From: Chitinophagales bacterium
Lineage (GTDB): Bacteria; Bacteroidota; Bacteroidia; Chitinophagales; JAHQVX01
Assembly (NCBI GenBank): GCA_965215685.1
Contig: OZ244113.1
Span: 2,606,256-2,670,255, forward strand
Length of the DNA stretch: 64,000 bases
Direction of reading: 5' to 3'
Shown here: positions 35,522 to 47,312 of the stretch, piece after piece
Numbering within the stretch: the first letter of the stretch is position 1
How the letters are laid out: the number at the start of each line of letters is the position of its first letter
Notes under the pieces: model-generated
Told to the model about the DNA's origin: nothing
Database searches by the model: none
The model's input: the letters and a program-made list of their open reading frames with translations, nothing else
Made by a program: the position numbers and the translations under genes

Positions 35522-38372
35522 CCTTTAAATATTGCGCAGTATATCCTTTGCCTAATTTAACAATTTGTTGCGGACTCCCTTCGGCAACAATAGTGCCTCC
35601 GGCATCGCCGCCTTCAAGGCCCAGGTCTATGATGTGATCGGCAGTCTTTATTATATCCATGTTGTGCTCAATGATCAAAACAGTATTACCTCGATCAACC
35701 AAGCGGTTAACGATCTCAAGTAAATGCCTTATGTCTTCAAAGTGAAGACCTGTAGTGGGTTCATCCAAAATGTAGAGCGTTTTACCCGTGTCTTTTTTCT
35801 GTAATTCAGATGCCAGTTTTACACGCTGTGCTTCACCACCTGATATGGTTGTAGAAGACTGCCCAAGTGTAAGATAACCCAGGCCGACATCTTGTAATGT
35901 TTTAAGTTTTCGGTATATGAAATGTATCGGTTCAAAGAAGACCGCTGCTTCATCTACGCTCATGTTCAACACATCGGAAATAGACTTTCCACGGTAGCGA
36001 ACTTCCAGCGTTTCGCGGTTGAATCGTTTGCCAAAACACCCCTCACATTCTACCATTACATCGGGTAAAAAATTCATTTCAATCACTTTCATTCCACCGC
36101 CTTTGCACACTTCGCAACGGCCACCCTTTACATTAAAACTAAAACGGCCGGGCTTGTAACCGCGGATTTTGGCTTCGGGCAAATCGCTGAACAGTTTTCG
36201 TATATCAGTAAAAACACCTATGTAAGTTGCCGGGTTGGAGCGTGGTGTTCGGCCAATAGGACTTTGGTCTATATCGATGATCTTGTCAATCAGCTCCAGG
36301 CCATTTATTTCGGCGTAAGGCAAGGGTTTTTTCTTAGCCCGGTAAATATGTTTATTGAGAATAGGGTAGAGTGTTTCATTAATGAGTGATGATTTACCGC
36401 TACCCGATACACCGGTAACACAGATTAGTTTTCCTAACGGAATTGTAACGTCAACGTTTTTTAAGTTGTGACCGGTAGCTCCTTTGAGCACAACATTATT
36501 TTTACTCCCTTGCCTTATTTGTTGAGGTACTTGAATCTGTTTTCTACCGTTGAGATAATCGGCAGTAAGTGTTTTGGCCTTTTGGAATTTTTTTGGAAAC
36601 CCTTCAGCTACAATTTTTCCGCCGTGGTTGCCGGCCCCCGGCCCCATATCTATCAGATGATCACTGGCTAACATTATATCCTTGTCGTGTTCTACTACAA
36701 TAACCGTATTACCACCTTCAACAAGGCCTTTCAATGCTTTAATAAGATTATGATTATCGCGCTGATGCAAACCAATGCTCGGCTCATCCAATATGTAGGT
36801 TATACCCCTGAGCTTACTTCCTATCTGGCTTGCCAGCCTTATTCGTTGACTTTCTCCGCCGGAAAGTGATCGGGTAGGGCGATTAAGATTTAGATAGGTT
36901 AATCCAACGTTGTTTAAAAAACCTATACGTTCTTTTATTTCTTTTAAAATATCCTTGGCAATGGCTTTCTGCCTTTCTTCCAACTTACCTTCCAGATCAC
37001 TGAACCACTTTGCTAATTCGCTTATGTCCAATTCAGTAAGCTCGTGAATAGCTTTATCGGCCACAAAAAAGTATCGTGATTCTTTTTTTAGCCTGCTTCC
37101 TTCACAAACCGAGCATTTGGTTTTAGTCATAAACTCCTCAGCCCAACGGCGAATTTTATCTGTAGAGGTGGTATCATAAGACCTTTGTAACATGGGCAGC
37201 AGGCCTTCATACTCCAAATTGTATTTACGACCGTGGCTATAGCCCATATCAATCTTAAAGGTTTCACCCTTTGATCCGTTTAGTATAATGTCAAGTGCAT
37301 TTTCGGGTATGTCTTTTACAGGTGTGGCAAAGCTAAATTTGTATTTGGCAGCAATGGCACGGAGTTGCTTGAAAGTATAATTGTTACGAACCTCACCAAG
37401 AGGTACAATACCTTGTTGGTTGATGGATTTTCCCCTGTCCGGAATTACCAGCGACATGTCAATTTTCTTGAGTTCGCCGAGGCCATTACAGTTCACACAG
37501 GCACCGTATGGTGAGTTAAAAGAGAAGGTGTTGGGCGATGGTTCTTCGTAGGAGATACCTGTATCCACACACATTAGTGACTTGCTGTATAATTTGGCGG
37601 CTTCCGTGTCATGGTCCATTACCATAACCAGGTTTTTGGAAATCTTAAAGGCTTCCTGCATACTTTGCAGCAATCGGATTCGATCATCAGGATTAACCGT
37701 AAGGCGGTCAACCACCACTTCAATATCATGGATCTTGTAACGATCAACCTGCATTTTGGGTTCTAGTTCGGTTACAATGCCGTCAATTCTAACTTTAAGA
37801 AAACCTTGCTTTCTTACAGACTCAAAAAGTTCGCGGTAATGGCCTTTTCGTCCGCGTACCACAGGGGCCAGTATTAGAATACGGCAGCCTTCGTATTCCT
37901 CCAAAATATTTTCAACGATCTGTTGTTCGGTAAACTTAACCATAGGCTTACCCGTATTATAGGATATGGCTTTACCGATTCGTGCGTACAGCAGTCGAAT
38001 AAAGTCGTACAGTTCAGTTGTAGTACCTACGGTAGAGCGTGGGTTTTTGCTTACGGTTTTTTGCTCAATGGAAATAACAGGGCTAAGGCCGGTTATCTTA
38101 TCCACATCGGGCCGCTCAAAACCTCCCACAAACTGACGGGCATAAGCTGAAAAACTCTCCATGTACCTGCGCTGGCCTTCGGCATAAATGGTGTCAAATG
38201 CGAGTGAGGACTTACCGCTGCCGGAAATGCCCGTTATTACTACAAACTTGTTTCGCGGTATGGATAAACTTATGTTTTTAAGATTGTGTACACGTGCACC
38301 TTCGACATGAATATGCTTGGTTTCAAGACTTTCTATCTTCTTTTTCCTACGCTTTATATCGGTTGACTTCAT
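35511..38372 (-). CDS. uvrA: Excinuclease ABC subunit A
   Basis: Two ABC ATPase modules ([14 protein letters not shown]; [14 protein letters not shown]). Zn-finger CxxC pairs. 953 aa. Confidence 0.95.
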   Translation of the reverse strand: MKSTDIKRRKKKIESLETKHIHVEGARVHNLKNISLSIPRNKFVVITGISGSGKSSLAFDTIYAEGQRRYMESFSAYARQFVGGFERPDVDKITGLSPVISIEQKTVSKNPRSTVGTTTELYDFIRLLYARIGKAISYNTGKPMVKFTEQQIVENILEEYEGCRILILAPVVRGRKGHYRELFESVRKQGFLKVRIDGIVTELEPKMQVDRYKIHDIEVVVDRLTVNPDDRIRLLQSMQEAFKISKNLVMVMDHDTEAAKLYSKSLMCVDTGISYEEPSPNTFSFNSPYGACVNCNGLGELKKIDMSLVIPDRGKSINQQGIVPLGEVRNNYTFKQLRAIAAKYKFSFATPVKDIPENALDIILNGSKGETFKIDMGYSHGRKYNLEYEGLLPMLQRSYDTTSTDKIRRWAEEFMTKTKCSVCEGSRLKKESRYFFVADKAIHELTELDISELAKWFSDLEGKLEERQKAIAKDILKEIKERIGFLNNVGLTYLNLNRPTRSLSGGESQRIRLASQIGSKLRGITYILDEPSIGLHQRDNHNLIKALKGLVEGGNTVIVVEHDKDIMLASDHLIDMGPGAGNHGGKIVAEGFPKKFQKAKTLTADYLNGRKQIQVPQQIRQGSKNNVVLKGATGHNLKNVDVTIPLGKLICVTGVSGSGKSSLINETLYPILNKHIYRAKKKPLPYAEINGLELIDKIIDIDQSPIGRTPRSNPATYIGVFTDIRKLFSDLPEAKIRGYKPGRFSFNVKGGRCEVCKGGGMKVIEMNFLPDVMVECEGCFGKRFNRETLEVRYRGKSISDVLNMSVDEAAVFFEPIHFIYRKLKTLQDVGLGYLTLGQSSTTISGGEAQRVKLASELQKKDTGKTLYILDEPTTGLHFEDIRHLLEIVNRLVDRGNTVLIIEHNMDIIKTADHIIDLGLEGGDAGGTIVAEGSPQQIVKLGKGYTAQYLKDEL

Positions 38373-38425
38373 TAACTTTTACCTGGCAAACAAGCTAAGG
38401 AGTGAAGATATGGAATACGACCAAA

Positions 38426-38457
38426 TAAAAAACTCCTCATTGTTGAGGAGTTTTTTT
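38426..38457. terminator. Bidirectional intrinsic terminator (ACTCCTCA-TTGT-TGAGGAGT flanked by A6 and T7)
   Basis: Seen in sequence, between the uvrA start and the peroxidase stop. Confidence 0.65.
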
Positions 38458-38514
38458 CAATTCAACGGAATGATCCCTCTTCAGTAATTCGCATCTATAG
38501 GGTAAATCAATACT

Positions 38515-39948
38515 TTAGCTTACTGCGGGAACATCCATCATATTTGCAAAGGCAAGCATGTGCGATATGTTAAATGAACCGGCACTTGGACCTAAATTTG
38601 GTGAAAATCCTGCATCGAAGTGGGTGCTGTCGTGCCACATTCGTATAAAAGTTTCTGCTACAATTCTTCCACCTACCGGACCGAGATGTTTTCCATCGCA
38701 TTTCACTTCAGCTTCTTTTAGTGTATAAAACCAAAGTGGGGTTTTACGCAAAAATAGTCCGCCATCGGCCTCAAGAATGTCCTTTTGAACCGGCATTAAG
38801 TTGGTAAACAACTCATTTTTGGTCATAGTGGCCACACCGAGAGCCGTAGCACAAAACTGACCACTTGGTAATCTTACACTCATGCCACGCAACAAGTTAC
38901 GGGCACTTAACATCTTCATAAAGTTTATGGTTTCACCGGGCAACTGAAACAACTCATTGGCTACCTGGGTATCAATATTCCGGCTTACATTCTCCGGATT
39001 TCTGTTTCCCACTTTAAAGAAACGTTTCCAGTCAACGATCCAATTATTTGGTACTGGAGCACCTCTTCTACCCGTAAATTCGAATATTTGATTAAATGTT
39101 GAATTAGGGAAGAAATTGTTTGTGTCGTACGTGTCGCGTACCATGCTATGGCCAAATCTGTAGCAGGCAAAAGCAAACTCTGCCGGCATAAAGAAAGTTT
39201 TGAACTTTTCTTTAGTAAATATTTTAAAGCCATTGTTTAGAATATCATCAACTGTTTCCTTACCACATATTGTTTTCAGATAATCGTGAATTACTACATG
39301 TTGATAGTGCTGAACAACTATTTCCTTGGCCGCAGCAAATACATCGCCACCACCTAAACCGTTGGCAATTACATGGTCAACAACGGCATTATGAAATTTT
39401 AGCCAGCCTAAGTGTAACTGGGCTACAAATAAATTTTCGTCATTTCTGAAATCGCCAATAATGGCTGTTCCATCGGCTTCTCGCGGAAGATCAAAATCTG
39501 TAGGGGCTCCTCCTACAACATTTTGGTTTGTGCCAATTCTAAGTTTAATTCCATCGGCCTGATAGAGATTGGGCGAAGCTATAGGACCGTTACCATAAAC
39601 ACTATCTAAATCAAGATTTGGAGTTCTAAGGTTAGTGAGATCCCGGGCATTGTGAAATCCATTAATATCAATGGAAGGAGTAAGGGTTATATCGTGATCA
39701 ATAAATTGTCCAAGATATGTATAGCCCGCCGGAATTTTGGCATTATCAATACCCAGCGCGGGGTTATCTCTCATAGCCTGACCAAGGGCAACCAACTTAT
39801 CGCGGTTTCTTTGATTGTCATGCAAATCGTTCTTAGCTGTACGAGCTGTGGTAAATAAATAACCAAATTTGTTTTTTGGATTTTCTAATGCTGTTTGGGG
39901 AAAATGGAATTTTGACGGAAAAAATCCATGTAAGGATTTATCACTCAT
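38515..39948 (-). CDS. Animal-type haem peroxidase family protein (peroxidase-cyclooxygenase superfamily)
   Basis: GQFIDHDITL distal-His motif. Additional conserved His/Arg positions. 477 aa with no signal peptide evident. Confidence 0.65.
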   Translation of the reverse strand: MSDKSLHGFFPSKFHFPQTALENPKNKFGYLFTTARTAKNDLHDNQRNRDKLVALGQAMRDNPALGIDNAKIPAGYTYLGQFIDHDITLTPSIDINGFHNARDLTNLRTPNLDLDSVYGNGPIASPNLYQADGIKLRIGTNQNVVGGAPTDFDLPREADGTAIIGDFRNDENLFVAQLHLGWLKFHNAVVDHVIANGLGGGDVFAAAKEIVVQHYQHVVIHDYLKTICGKETVDDILNNGFKIFTKEKFKTFFMPAEFAFACYRFGHSMVRDTYDTNNFFPNSTFNQIFEFTGRRGAPVPNNWIVDWKRFFKVGNRNPENVSRNIDTQVANELFQLPGETINFMKMLSARNLLRGMSVRLPSGQFCATALGVATMTKNELFTNLMPVQKDILEADGGLFLRKTPLWFYTLKEAEVKCDGKHLGPVGGRIVAETFIRMWHDSTHFDAGFSPNLGPSAGSFNISHMLAFANMMDVPAVS

Positions 39949-40106
39949 GGTTTTCTTGTTTTGGATTAACGAATATTAATTACCTGATAAAGGTATTCAT
40001 TTTTTTTGAAATGAAAGAACAATACCGGCTCTTCTTGGAAAACTCAGATTAAATAAACATACTCCGATGATTCATTTTACTTTGATTTCGTGAATACGGA
40101 ATTAGA

Positions 40107-42140
40107 TTAAACTATGTCTTCTTTGAGTACTACAGAAACATTTTTCACCGGAAGGGTAATGTTCACTTTAAAGCCTTTTTCAATTTTCGAATCAATATAG
40201 ATGTCGCCCCCCATGGCTTTTACGCGTGCTCTGATTTGGTTAAGTCCTATACCGTGTGATTCGTCTATTTTATTTATGTCGTAGCCCACGCCGTTATCTT
40301 CCACCTCAATATATAACTTTTGATCTTTTCGCTCCACAAGTATACTAGCTTCACTGGCTCTACTGTGCTTTAATATGTTGTTCACCAATTCCTGTATTAT
40401 GTGATAAACCTTGCTTTCCAATTGTTGAGGTAAGCGTCTATAACCACCTGTTACATTTGAAGTGAAGGTGAGTTCGTCTGTGCTTATTTTCTCACATAAA
40501 TCACTTAGAGCATCAGAGAGCCCGAAGTTTAACAAAACCGAGGAAATCATATTATGCGAAAGCAGTCTTAGTTTATCAGATGCTTCTCCAATTATCTCTT
40601 GTGCTCTGTTGATGGGAGCAGTACCATTTTTCGTTTTGTTTTTATAGGCTTGTAAATGGAGTGTTGCTGAGGAAAGCAATGTACTTACACTATCGTGCAG
40701 CGTTTGAGCAATTGACTCACGTTCATATTCGCGGCCATCTAACATGGCGTTAATCGCTTTTATTTCGGCCATGTTCTCCAGTTCCGATATACGTTGACTA
40801 TGGAGTGCCTTGTTACGTTCCACTTCCAAATCGGCAGCCTTTTGTTTTAGTTTGTAGTACCTGAATATTAAAAAATAACCCAGTGCCGCAACGGCCAGTA
40901 ATATACCAAAGAATAAAGCCAGTATGGTAATTTTCCTCAAATTGGCCTGGTTTTCTAAGTTTTCGTTTTCCAGCTGAAGGTTGCGCCGCTGACTTTTTTC
41001 AAAATCGTATTTCTGAGCTACATCATTTAAAACTGCTGTGCGTTCCAGGTTAAACAACGAATCCTGATACCGGTTGGCAAGTTGCTCAGCTTGTAAAGAC
41101 AACTTATATTTTCCCTGTTTTTGAAGCACTCGAGCCCTGTTTTTTTCAATAGAATAGGCAAAGAACAAGTTATCGCTTACTTCATTTAGTTCTTCGGCTT
41201 TATTAAGTTTTAGTTTGGTCGTTTTGTAATCACCTTTAATAAAATCAATTTCAGCTCCCGAAATATAATTTTGAATAATACTCTCCGTATGGTTTTGCTT
41301 TCTCGAAAGATTCAAACTCTTGTTAATGTATGCTTCCGCAGTGTTTAATCTGGTTTTGTCTTTTGAATAAATACTTCCCATTTGAGCATAGACCTGAGCC
41401 AGTTGAATAGTATCCTTTGCCAGTACAAAGTATCGTTCAGCCCTGTTCATATAATACATACTACTATCAACATCATTTAATTGTTGGTGCAGCAGTCCCA
41501 ACAAATAAAACGAATTGCCTCTCTCAACCTGTAAGCTATGTTCGTTTCTTATTTGAAGACCCTGGGCAATATACTCTCGTGCCCTTGCCATTTCGTTATG
41601 CCTAATAAAACTGTGGGCCAGTTCATCGCAGATTAAAGCCGATGCCGCATGTTGATCTAAATCAGCCGTTATGGTTAGTGCTTTAAAAAGATGTTCAACC
41701 TGGTTAGGGTGGTCTTGCTGCCGTTTGTAAAAATTACTCAAGGCCATTAAAGCTTTTACTTCATCATCTTTATTTCTGGTTCTAAGGCTGGAAGCTAAAC
41801 TTTCATTTAAGTATGGTAATGCCTGTTTGTATTTCTTTTCCAATTCAATTGCCCTGCCGTATAACCTGAGTACCGCTGACCTTTTGTCAGATAAATCATG
41901 ATCATTGACAAATTCTAAGCTACGCTTAGCATAATGTTGGGCAAGATCGGCCTCGTTTTCATTTACATAATGCTGTGTAATTTGGATAAAGACATCGGCT
42001 TTGTAAGTATTTGTAGTATCAGTTTTTAGCAATTTTATCAGGCTGTCAACCGGAGTGGCAAAAGCACTACTGCTTATCCCAACTATAAGGAACCAAACGG
42101 TATAAAATATTTTTTTATAAATATGCTTTAAGCAGGCCAT
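40107..42140 (-). CDS. Sensor histidine kinase with N-terminal TPR repeats (NarL/LuxR-type partner, HisKA_3 plus HATPase_c)
   Basis: Signal and TM segments. Multiple TPR-like repeats. His box SQTLHDSVS. C-terminal ATPase G-boxes. Confidence 0.8.
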   Translation of the reverse strand: MACLKHIYKKIFYTVWFLIVGISSSAFATPVDSLIKLLKTDTTNTYKADVFIQITQHYVNENEADLAQHYAKRSLEFVNDHDLSDKRSAVLRLYGRAIELEKKYKQALPYLNESLASSLRTRNKDDEVKALMALSNFYKRQQDHPNQVEHLFKALTITADLDQHAASALICDELAHSFIRHNEMARAREYIAQGLQIRNEHSLQVERGNSFYLLGLLHQQLNDVDSSMYYMNRAERYFVLAKDTIQLAQVYAQMGSIYSKDKTRLNTAEAYINKSLNLSRKQNHTESIIQNYISGAEIDFIKGDYKTTKLKLNKAEELNEVSDNLFFAYSIEKNRARVLQKQGKYKLSLQAEQLANRYQDSLFNLERTAVLNDVAQKYDFEKSQRRNLQLENENLENQANLRKITILALFFGILLAVAALGYFLIFRYYKLKQKAADLEVERNKALHSQRISELENMAEIKAINAMLDGREYERESIAQTLHDSVSTLLSSATLHLQAYKNKTKNGTAPINRAQEIIGEASDKLRLLSHNMISSVLLNFGLSDALSDLCEKISTDELTFTSNVTGGYRRLPQQLESKVYHIIQELVNNILKHSRASEASILVERKDQKLYIEVEDNGVGYDINKIDESHGIGLNQIRARVKAMGGDIYIDSKIEKGFKVNITLPVKNVSVVLKEDIV

Positions 42141-42162
42141 ATTTATGATTTAAAGAGTCGTG

Positions 42163-42834
42163 CTAAATTATTCCATGCATTAAAGCAAATTTGGCCAAAC
42201 CTATTGAATTTCTGACATTAAGTTTTCTGATCAGATTTTTTCTGTGTGTTTCAACAGTATTAGGGCTTATGTACAATTGTTCGCCAATTTCCTTACTACT
42301 ATACTCCTGGGCAATAAGTTTTAAAATATCTAGTTCTCTTGCTGTTAGAGATATTGGTAAAACACCTTCGGTAGGTCTCTCTTTTTTATCATTAGCTCCG
42401 GGAAAAGCGTTTACTATCTTTTTTTGTACGTCATCATCAAAATACTGTCCGCCATTAATTACCGATTCAATGGCATCAATAATTCCCTCGGCAGCCGATT
42501 TTTTAGTTAAATACCCATGGGCTCCGGCCTTCAGCATTTCTTTTATTAAACGTATATCATGATATGACGAGAGTACAATGATTTTCATATCATCATATCT
42601 GCCCTCAATGGTTTTGAGTACTTCAATACCATCCATTTCAGGCATTTTTATGTCCATAACAAGTACATCAACACTGTCTTTTTTTAAAAAATCAAGCACT
42701 TCTTTACCATTGTGTGCATGGCCAACTACTTGAAACTGATCCAAATCACCAAGAATGGCTACAATACCATCAATAAGCATTTGATGATCATCGGCAATTA
42801 AAATTCTTACAGGCTTAGATTCCGTATTTATCAT
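42163..42834 (-). CDS. Response regulator, LuxR/NarL family
   Basis: REC domain (DD...D...K). C-terminal HTH_LuxR (ELDILKLIAQEYSSKEIGEQLYISPNTVETH). Confidence 0.85.
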   Translation of the reverse strand: MINTESKPVRILIADDHQMLIDGIVAILGDLDQFQVVGHAHNGKEVLDFLKKDSVDVLVMDIKMPEMDGIEVLKTIEGRYDDMKIIVLSSYHDIRLIKEMLKAGAHGYLTKKSAAEGIIDAIESVINGGQYFDDDVQKKIVNAFPGANDKKERPTEGVLPISLTARELDILKLIAQEYSSKEIGEQLYISPNTVETHRKNLIRKLNVRNSIGLAKFALMHGII

Positions 42835-42944
42835 TAAAATGAGGTATTATTACTCAAGGTGATAAATATACAAGTTATTGTGGAGAAGCATATTTGATTT
42901 TAACACTTCTCAGGCTGCATAATTCTTAGATTTGCGATCTTGAT

Positions 42945-45212
42945 TTGAAGATATCAGTGCAGATGAATTACCTCAAAGAACTAAATCAACAACAACTACA
43001 AGCTGTTAAAGCGGTAGAAGGTCCGGTTATGATCATTGCAGGCCCCGGTTCAGGAAAGACAAGGGTGTTGACATATCGTATTGCCTATTTAATGAATCAG
43101 GGGGTAGATGCCTTTAGAATTCTGTCACTCACTTTCACTAATAAGGCGGCCAAAGAAATGAGGGAACGTATTGAGCACATCATCGGTCCGGAAGCGCGTA
43201 GCCTTTGGATGGGTACTTTCCATTCCATTTTTGCTAAAATTTTGCGGTTTGAAGCGCATAGATTGGGCTATCCATCCAACTTTAGCATTTACGATACACA
43301 GGATAGCAAAAGCCTTATCAAGAAAATAATAAAGGAAATGGGTGTGAATACAAAAATCTATAAAGAAGGTTTTGTTTTCGGACGAATTTCCGGTGCTAAA
43401 AACAGCCTAATAGGCCCCGAAGCTTACGCACAAAACATTGATTTAACGAGTGAAGATGAAAGTAGCGGAAGAGGTAAAATAGCTGAAATATATCGTGAAT
43501 ATGCCAGACGATGCTTCATATCGGGAGCCATGGACTTTGACGATCTGCTGTTTAAAATGCATGAATTGCTCAGCCGTTTTCCGGAGGTATTGCACAAATA
43601 TCAAAACAAATTTTCACACGTTTTAATCGATGAATTTCAGGATACGAACTATGCGCAGTATGAAATAATAAAATTGTTGAGTGCCGTGCACGAAAACCTG
43701 TGTGTAGTGGGCGATGATGCGCAAAGCATTTATGGATTTAGAGGGGCGACCATACAAAATATATTAAACCTGAATAAGGACTACCCAGACCTTAAAACCT
43801 ATAAACTGGAGCAGAACTATCGTTCAACAGAAAATATTGTAAATGCGGCCAATGAGTTAATAAAGTTCAACAAATTTCAACATGCCAAATCTATCTGGAC
43901 GGATAACGGATCGGGTGATAAAATACATATTGTTAAGAACATTAGTGATAATGATGAAGGCAGGTGGGTGGCCGAGAGCATTTTTGAAAACAAAATGAAC
44001 AAACATTATCGTAATAATGATATTGCCATTTTGTACCGCACCAACGCTCAGTCAAGAGCCTTTGAAGAGGCGCTAAGGAGAAGAAATATACCATACAGGA
44101 TCTATGGCGGCCTGTCTTTCTATCAACGTAAGGAAATAAAGGATATGCTGGCTTATTTGAGGTTGGTAGTAAATCAGAATGATGAAGAAGCCCTCAGAAG
44201 GATCATTAATTATCCCAGGCGGGGCATAGGCAACACCACAGTTGAACGCATTACTGTTTGGGCAAGGGAAAACGAATGTTCTCTTTGGGATATAGTTGTT
44301 AATATCAGATCATTTCCACTTAACTCACGATCACATAGGCTGGTGGAAGAGTTTGCCGTAAAGATCAGAAGTTTTCAGGCAATGCTCAACTCCAAAAACG
44401 CTTATGACCTTACCGATCATATCGCAAAATCAACCGGACTAAAAACTGAATTGTATAATGATAAATCGGTTGAAGGACTTAACCGCTATGAAAACTTTCA
44501 GGAGCTGTTAAGCAGTATTAAGGAATTTACCGAAAACGATGAAGTAATAACAGATGAAGAAGTTGACGACCGAAGCCTTGGCACTTACCTGCAGTCGGTA
44601 ACATTGTTAACAGATGCAGATAATGATGATGCCAGTATTGACCAGGTAAAACTTATGACCATTCATGCAGCCAAAGGACTGGAGTTTGAAATGGTTTATG
44701 TGGGTGGTTTAGAGGAAAACTTGTTTCCATCCAGTTTTTCGGTTTATAGCCGTGAAGATCTGGAAGAAGAACGCCGGCTGTTTTATGTAGCTGTAACAAG
44801 AGCCAAAAAGCAATTATATCTTTCTTATGCCACATCGCGCTATAAGTTTGGCGATCTTACCTACTGCGAACCGAGCAGATTTTTGGATGAAATTCCTGAA
44901 AAAAATGTTGCCCGGCTGCGAGATGCTAAAAAGCAGGTAAAAACTGTAGAAAAGAACCCTAAGTTTTCAGGTCTTAAGGTACATAAGAAAACTCCTGAAC
45001 GCGCTATACCTCCCAAGCTGGATATAGCTGATTTTGTACCTTCACCTTCCGAAAAGCTACAGGCAGGTCACAGCATTGTTCATCAGCGTTTCGGAGAGGG
45101 AAAAATACTAAGTGTGGAAGGAGATGGAGCCCGCAAAATGGCCACAGTATTTTTTAAAAACCACGGGAACAAAAAATTATTGCTTAAGTTCGCAAAACTA
45201 ATGATCGTTTAG
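42945..45212 (+). CDS. UvrD/PcrA/Rep-family superfamily-1 DNA helicase
   Basis: Walker A AGPGSGKT. Helicase motifs II-VI. C-terminal extension. Confidence 0.85.
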   Translation: MKISVQMNYLKELNQQQLQAVKAVEGPVMIIAGPGSGKTRVLTYRIAYLMNQGVDAFRILSLTFTNKAAKEMRERIEHIIGPEARSLWMGTFHSIFAKILRFEAHRLGYPSNFSIYDTQDSKSLIKKIIKEMGVNTKIYKEGFVFGRISGAKNSLIGPEAYAQNIDLTSEDESSGRGKIAEIYREYARRCFISGAMDFDDLLFKMHELLSRFPEVLHKYQNKFSHVLIDEFQDTNYAQYEIIKLLSAVHENLCVVGDDAQSIYGFRGATIQNILNLNKDYPDLKTYKLEQNYRSTENIVNAANELIKFNKFQHAKSIWTDNGSGDKIHIVKNISDNDEGRWVAESIFENKMNKHYRNNDIAILYRTNAQSRAFEEALRRRNIPYRIYGGLSFYQRKEIKDMLAYLRLVVNQNDEEALRRIINYPRRGIGNTTVERITVWARENECSLWDIVVNIRSFPLNSRSHRLVEEFAVKIRSFQAMLNSKNAYDLTDHIAKSTGLKTELYNDKSVEGLNRYENFQELLSSIKEFTENDEVITDEEVDDRSLGTYLQSVTLLTDADNDDASIDQVKLMTIHAAKGLEFEMVYVGGLEENLFPSSFSVYSREDLEEERRLFYVAVTRAKKQLYLSYATSRYKFGDLTYCEPSRFLDEIPEKNVARLRDAKKQVKTVEKNPKFSGLKVHKKTPERAIPPKLDIADFVPSPSEKLQAGHSIVHQRFGEGKILSVEGDGARKMATVFFKNHGNKKLLLKFAKLMIV

Positions 45213-45268
45213 CGCGTTGGAGTTTATGAAATAGTAATTTTCGCGCATCAATACATTACCTTTGTTTT

Positions 45269-45904
45269 ATGGAATATAATACTGAGAGAGAAGACCTGAA
45301 AATTCGTGAATATGGACGACATATTCAAAAGCTCGTTGATTTTGCCGTTAAGGAAAAAGATAAGAAAAAACGTCAGGATATTGTGGAACATACCATTGAG
45401 TTAATGGGCTTTTTAAACCCTCAACTAAAAACCGAAGCCGATTACAAGCACAAGTTGTGGGATCATCTTTATTATATCTCCAATTTTGAATTAGACTGCG
45501 ACTCGCCATACCCTAAGCCCGAACCGGAAGAGTTGTTTAAAAAACCGGAAAAATTTGAATATCCACGCCAAAGAGGAAAGTACCGGCACTATGGAAAGAA
45601 TATTGAGAGCATGATTGAAAAGTGCATCAATTTGGACGAAGAGGAAAAAAAGCAGGCATTTAAAGAGTTGATAGCGCGTTTTATGAAACGTACCTACTCT
45701 ACTTATAATAAGGATGGAGTAAATGATACCATAATCAAACAAGATCTTAAAAGAATGTCTGATGGCGAATTAACACTAAGCGAAGAAGCTACTATCGCTA
45801 CAATAAAGGTCAATCAATCACGTAGAAGGCAAGGTGCTAAAGGCCGTCATTCAAATAAAAGAGGTAAAAACCAACAACGTAATCGTAATCAACGAAGAAG
45901 ATAA
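45269..45904 (+). CDS. Conserved hypothetical protein, DUF4290-like (recalled as commonly preceding murA in Bacteroidetes); K/R-rich C-terminal tail
   Basis: 211 aa. Genomic position immediately upstream of and abutting murA. Family assignment from memory only. Confidence 0.5.
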   Translation: MEYNTEREDLKIREYGRHIQKLVDFAVKEKDKKKRQDIVEHTIELMGFLNPQLKTEADYKHKLWDHLYYISNFELDCDSPYPKPEPEELFKKPEKFEYPRQRGKYRHYGKNIESMIEKCINLDEEEKKQAFKELIARFMKRTYSTYNKDGVNDTIIKQDLKRMSDGELTLSEEATIATIKVNQSRRRQGAKGRHSNKRGKNQQRNRNQRRR

Positions 45905-47208
45905 TGGATGCCTTTGAAGTAATAGGTGGTAAAAAACTTCATGGTACAATAATTCCTCAAGGTGCAAAAAATGAAGCACTTCAAATACTTTCGGCAGTAT
46001 TACTAACACCCGAAAAGGTTGTAATTAGCAATGTGCCTGATATCAGGGACGTCAACTTTCAAATTGAAATCTTGGAAGAACTAGGCGTAAAAGTCAGCAA
46101 AGAAGGAGATGACACGTATAGTTTTCAGGCTGATGAGGTAACTCCTGATTCTTTAAAGCAAACCGGATTTAAAGAAAAAGCAACAAAAATAAGGGGTTCG
46201 GTAATGCTTATAGGACCTATGCTTAGCCGTTTTAAAAAGGCACATATTCCCAAACCCGGCGGAGATAAGATCGGTAGGCGTCGATTAGACACGCATTTTC
46301 AGGGCTTTGAAGATCTCGGCGCAGAATTTACTTACGACTCGGCGGATAATAGTTACAGTATTAGCGGCGACAAGTTGCATGGAGCCTATATGCACTTAGA
46401 TGAAGCCTCAGTAACCGGAACAGCTAATATTATTATGGCATCTGTAATGGCTGAGGGAGAAACAACTATTTACAATGCGGCCTGTGAACCTTACATTCAA
46501 CAGCTGTGCCGAATGCTCGTAAGTATGGGTGCTCATATTGAGGGCATTGGAAGTAACCTGCTTAAAATACATGGGGTTGAACATTTGGGCGGCTGTGAAC
46601 ATCGCTTGCTACCCGACATGATAGAAGTTGGCAGCTTTATCGGCTTAGCTGCCATGACACAAAGCGACATCACCATCAAAGATGTACGGTACGACCAGTT
46701 AGGCATTATACCGGATGTTTTTAAAAGACTGGGAATTCAATTTAACCTTGTGGGTGATGATATTCATGTACCCGAACAGGATATGTATGAAATAACCACT
46801 TTTATCGATGGGTCTATTCTTACTGTTTCAGATGCTCCCTGGCCCGGATTTACACCCGATCTTTTGAGTATTGTATTAGTAGTAGCTACCCAGGCCCGCG
46901 GCAATGTACTCATTCATCAAAAAATGTTTGAAAGCCGCCTTTTCTTTGTAGATAAACTCATTGATATGGGTGCTCAGATCATCCTTTGCGACCCTCATAG
47001 AGCAAATGTTATGGGTCTTGGCCGCACGAGTACGTTACGCGGTATTACAATGAGTTCACCCGATATCAGAGCCGGAGTTTCCCTGTTAATTGCCGCACTA
47101 AGTGCCAGTGGTAAAAGCATAATTCACAACGCACATCAAATAGACCGTGGTTACCAAAATATTGATGGACGATTGAGGGCTTTAGGTGCTGATATTACAA
47201 GGTTATAG
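45904..47208 (+). CDS. murA: UDP-N-acetylglucosamine 1-carboxyvinyltransferase
   Basis: EPT-family two-domain layout. K/R plus catalytic-loop motifs. 434 aa. Confidence 0.85.
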   Translation: MDAFEVIGGKKLHGTIIPQGAKNEALQILSAVLLTPEKVVISNVPDIRDVNFQIEILEELGVKVSKEGDDTYSFQADEVTPDSLKQTGFKEKATKIRGSVMLIGPMLSRFKKAHIPKPGGDKIGRRRLDTHFQGFEDLGAEFTYDSADNSYSISGDKLHGAYMHLDEASVTGTANIIMASVMAEGETTIYNAACEPYIQQLCRMLVSMGAHIEGIGSNLLKIHGVEHLGGCEHRLLPDMIEVGSFIGLAAMTQSDITIKDVRYDQLGIIPDVFKRLGIQFNLVGDDIHVPEQDMYEITTFIDGSILTVSDAPWPGFTPDLLSIVLVVATQARGNVLIHQKMFESRLFFVDKLIDMGAQIILCDPHRANVMGLGRTSTLRGITMSSPDIRAGVSLLIAALSASGKSIIHNAHQIDRGYQNIDGRLRALGADITRL

Positions 47209-47312
47209 TCAGTTTTTGAAAACCTCTATTTCATCTTTCACCTTAGTTAATGATGGATTAAACCTTTTCCCTTCTTTGTAAGCCAGGTTAGCAGCGGTTT
47301 GAATACTTTTTA

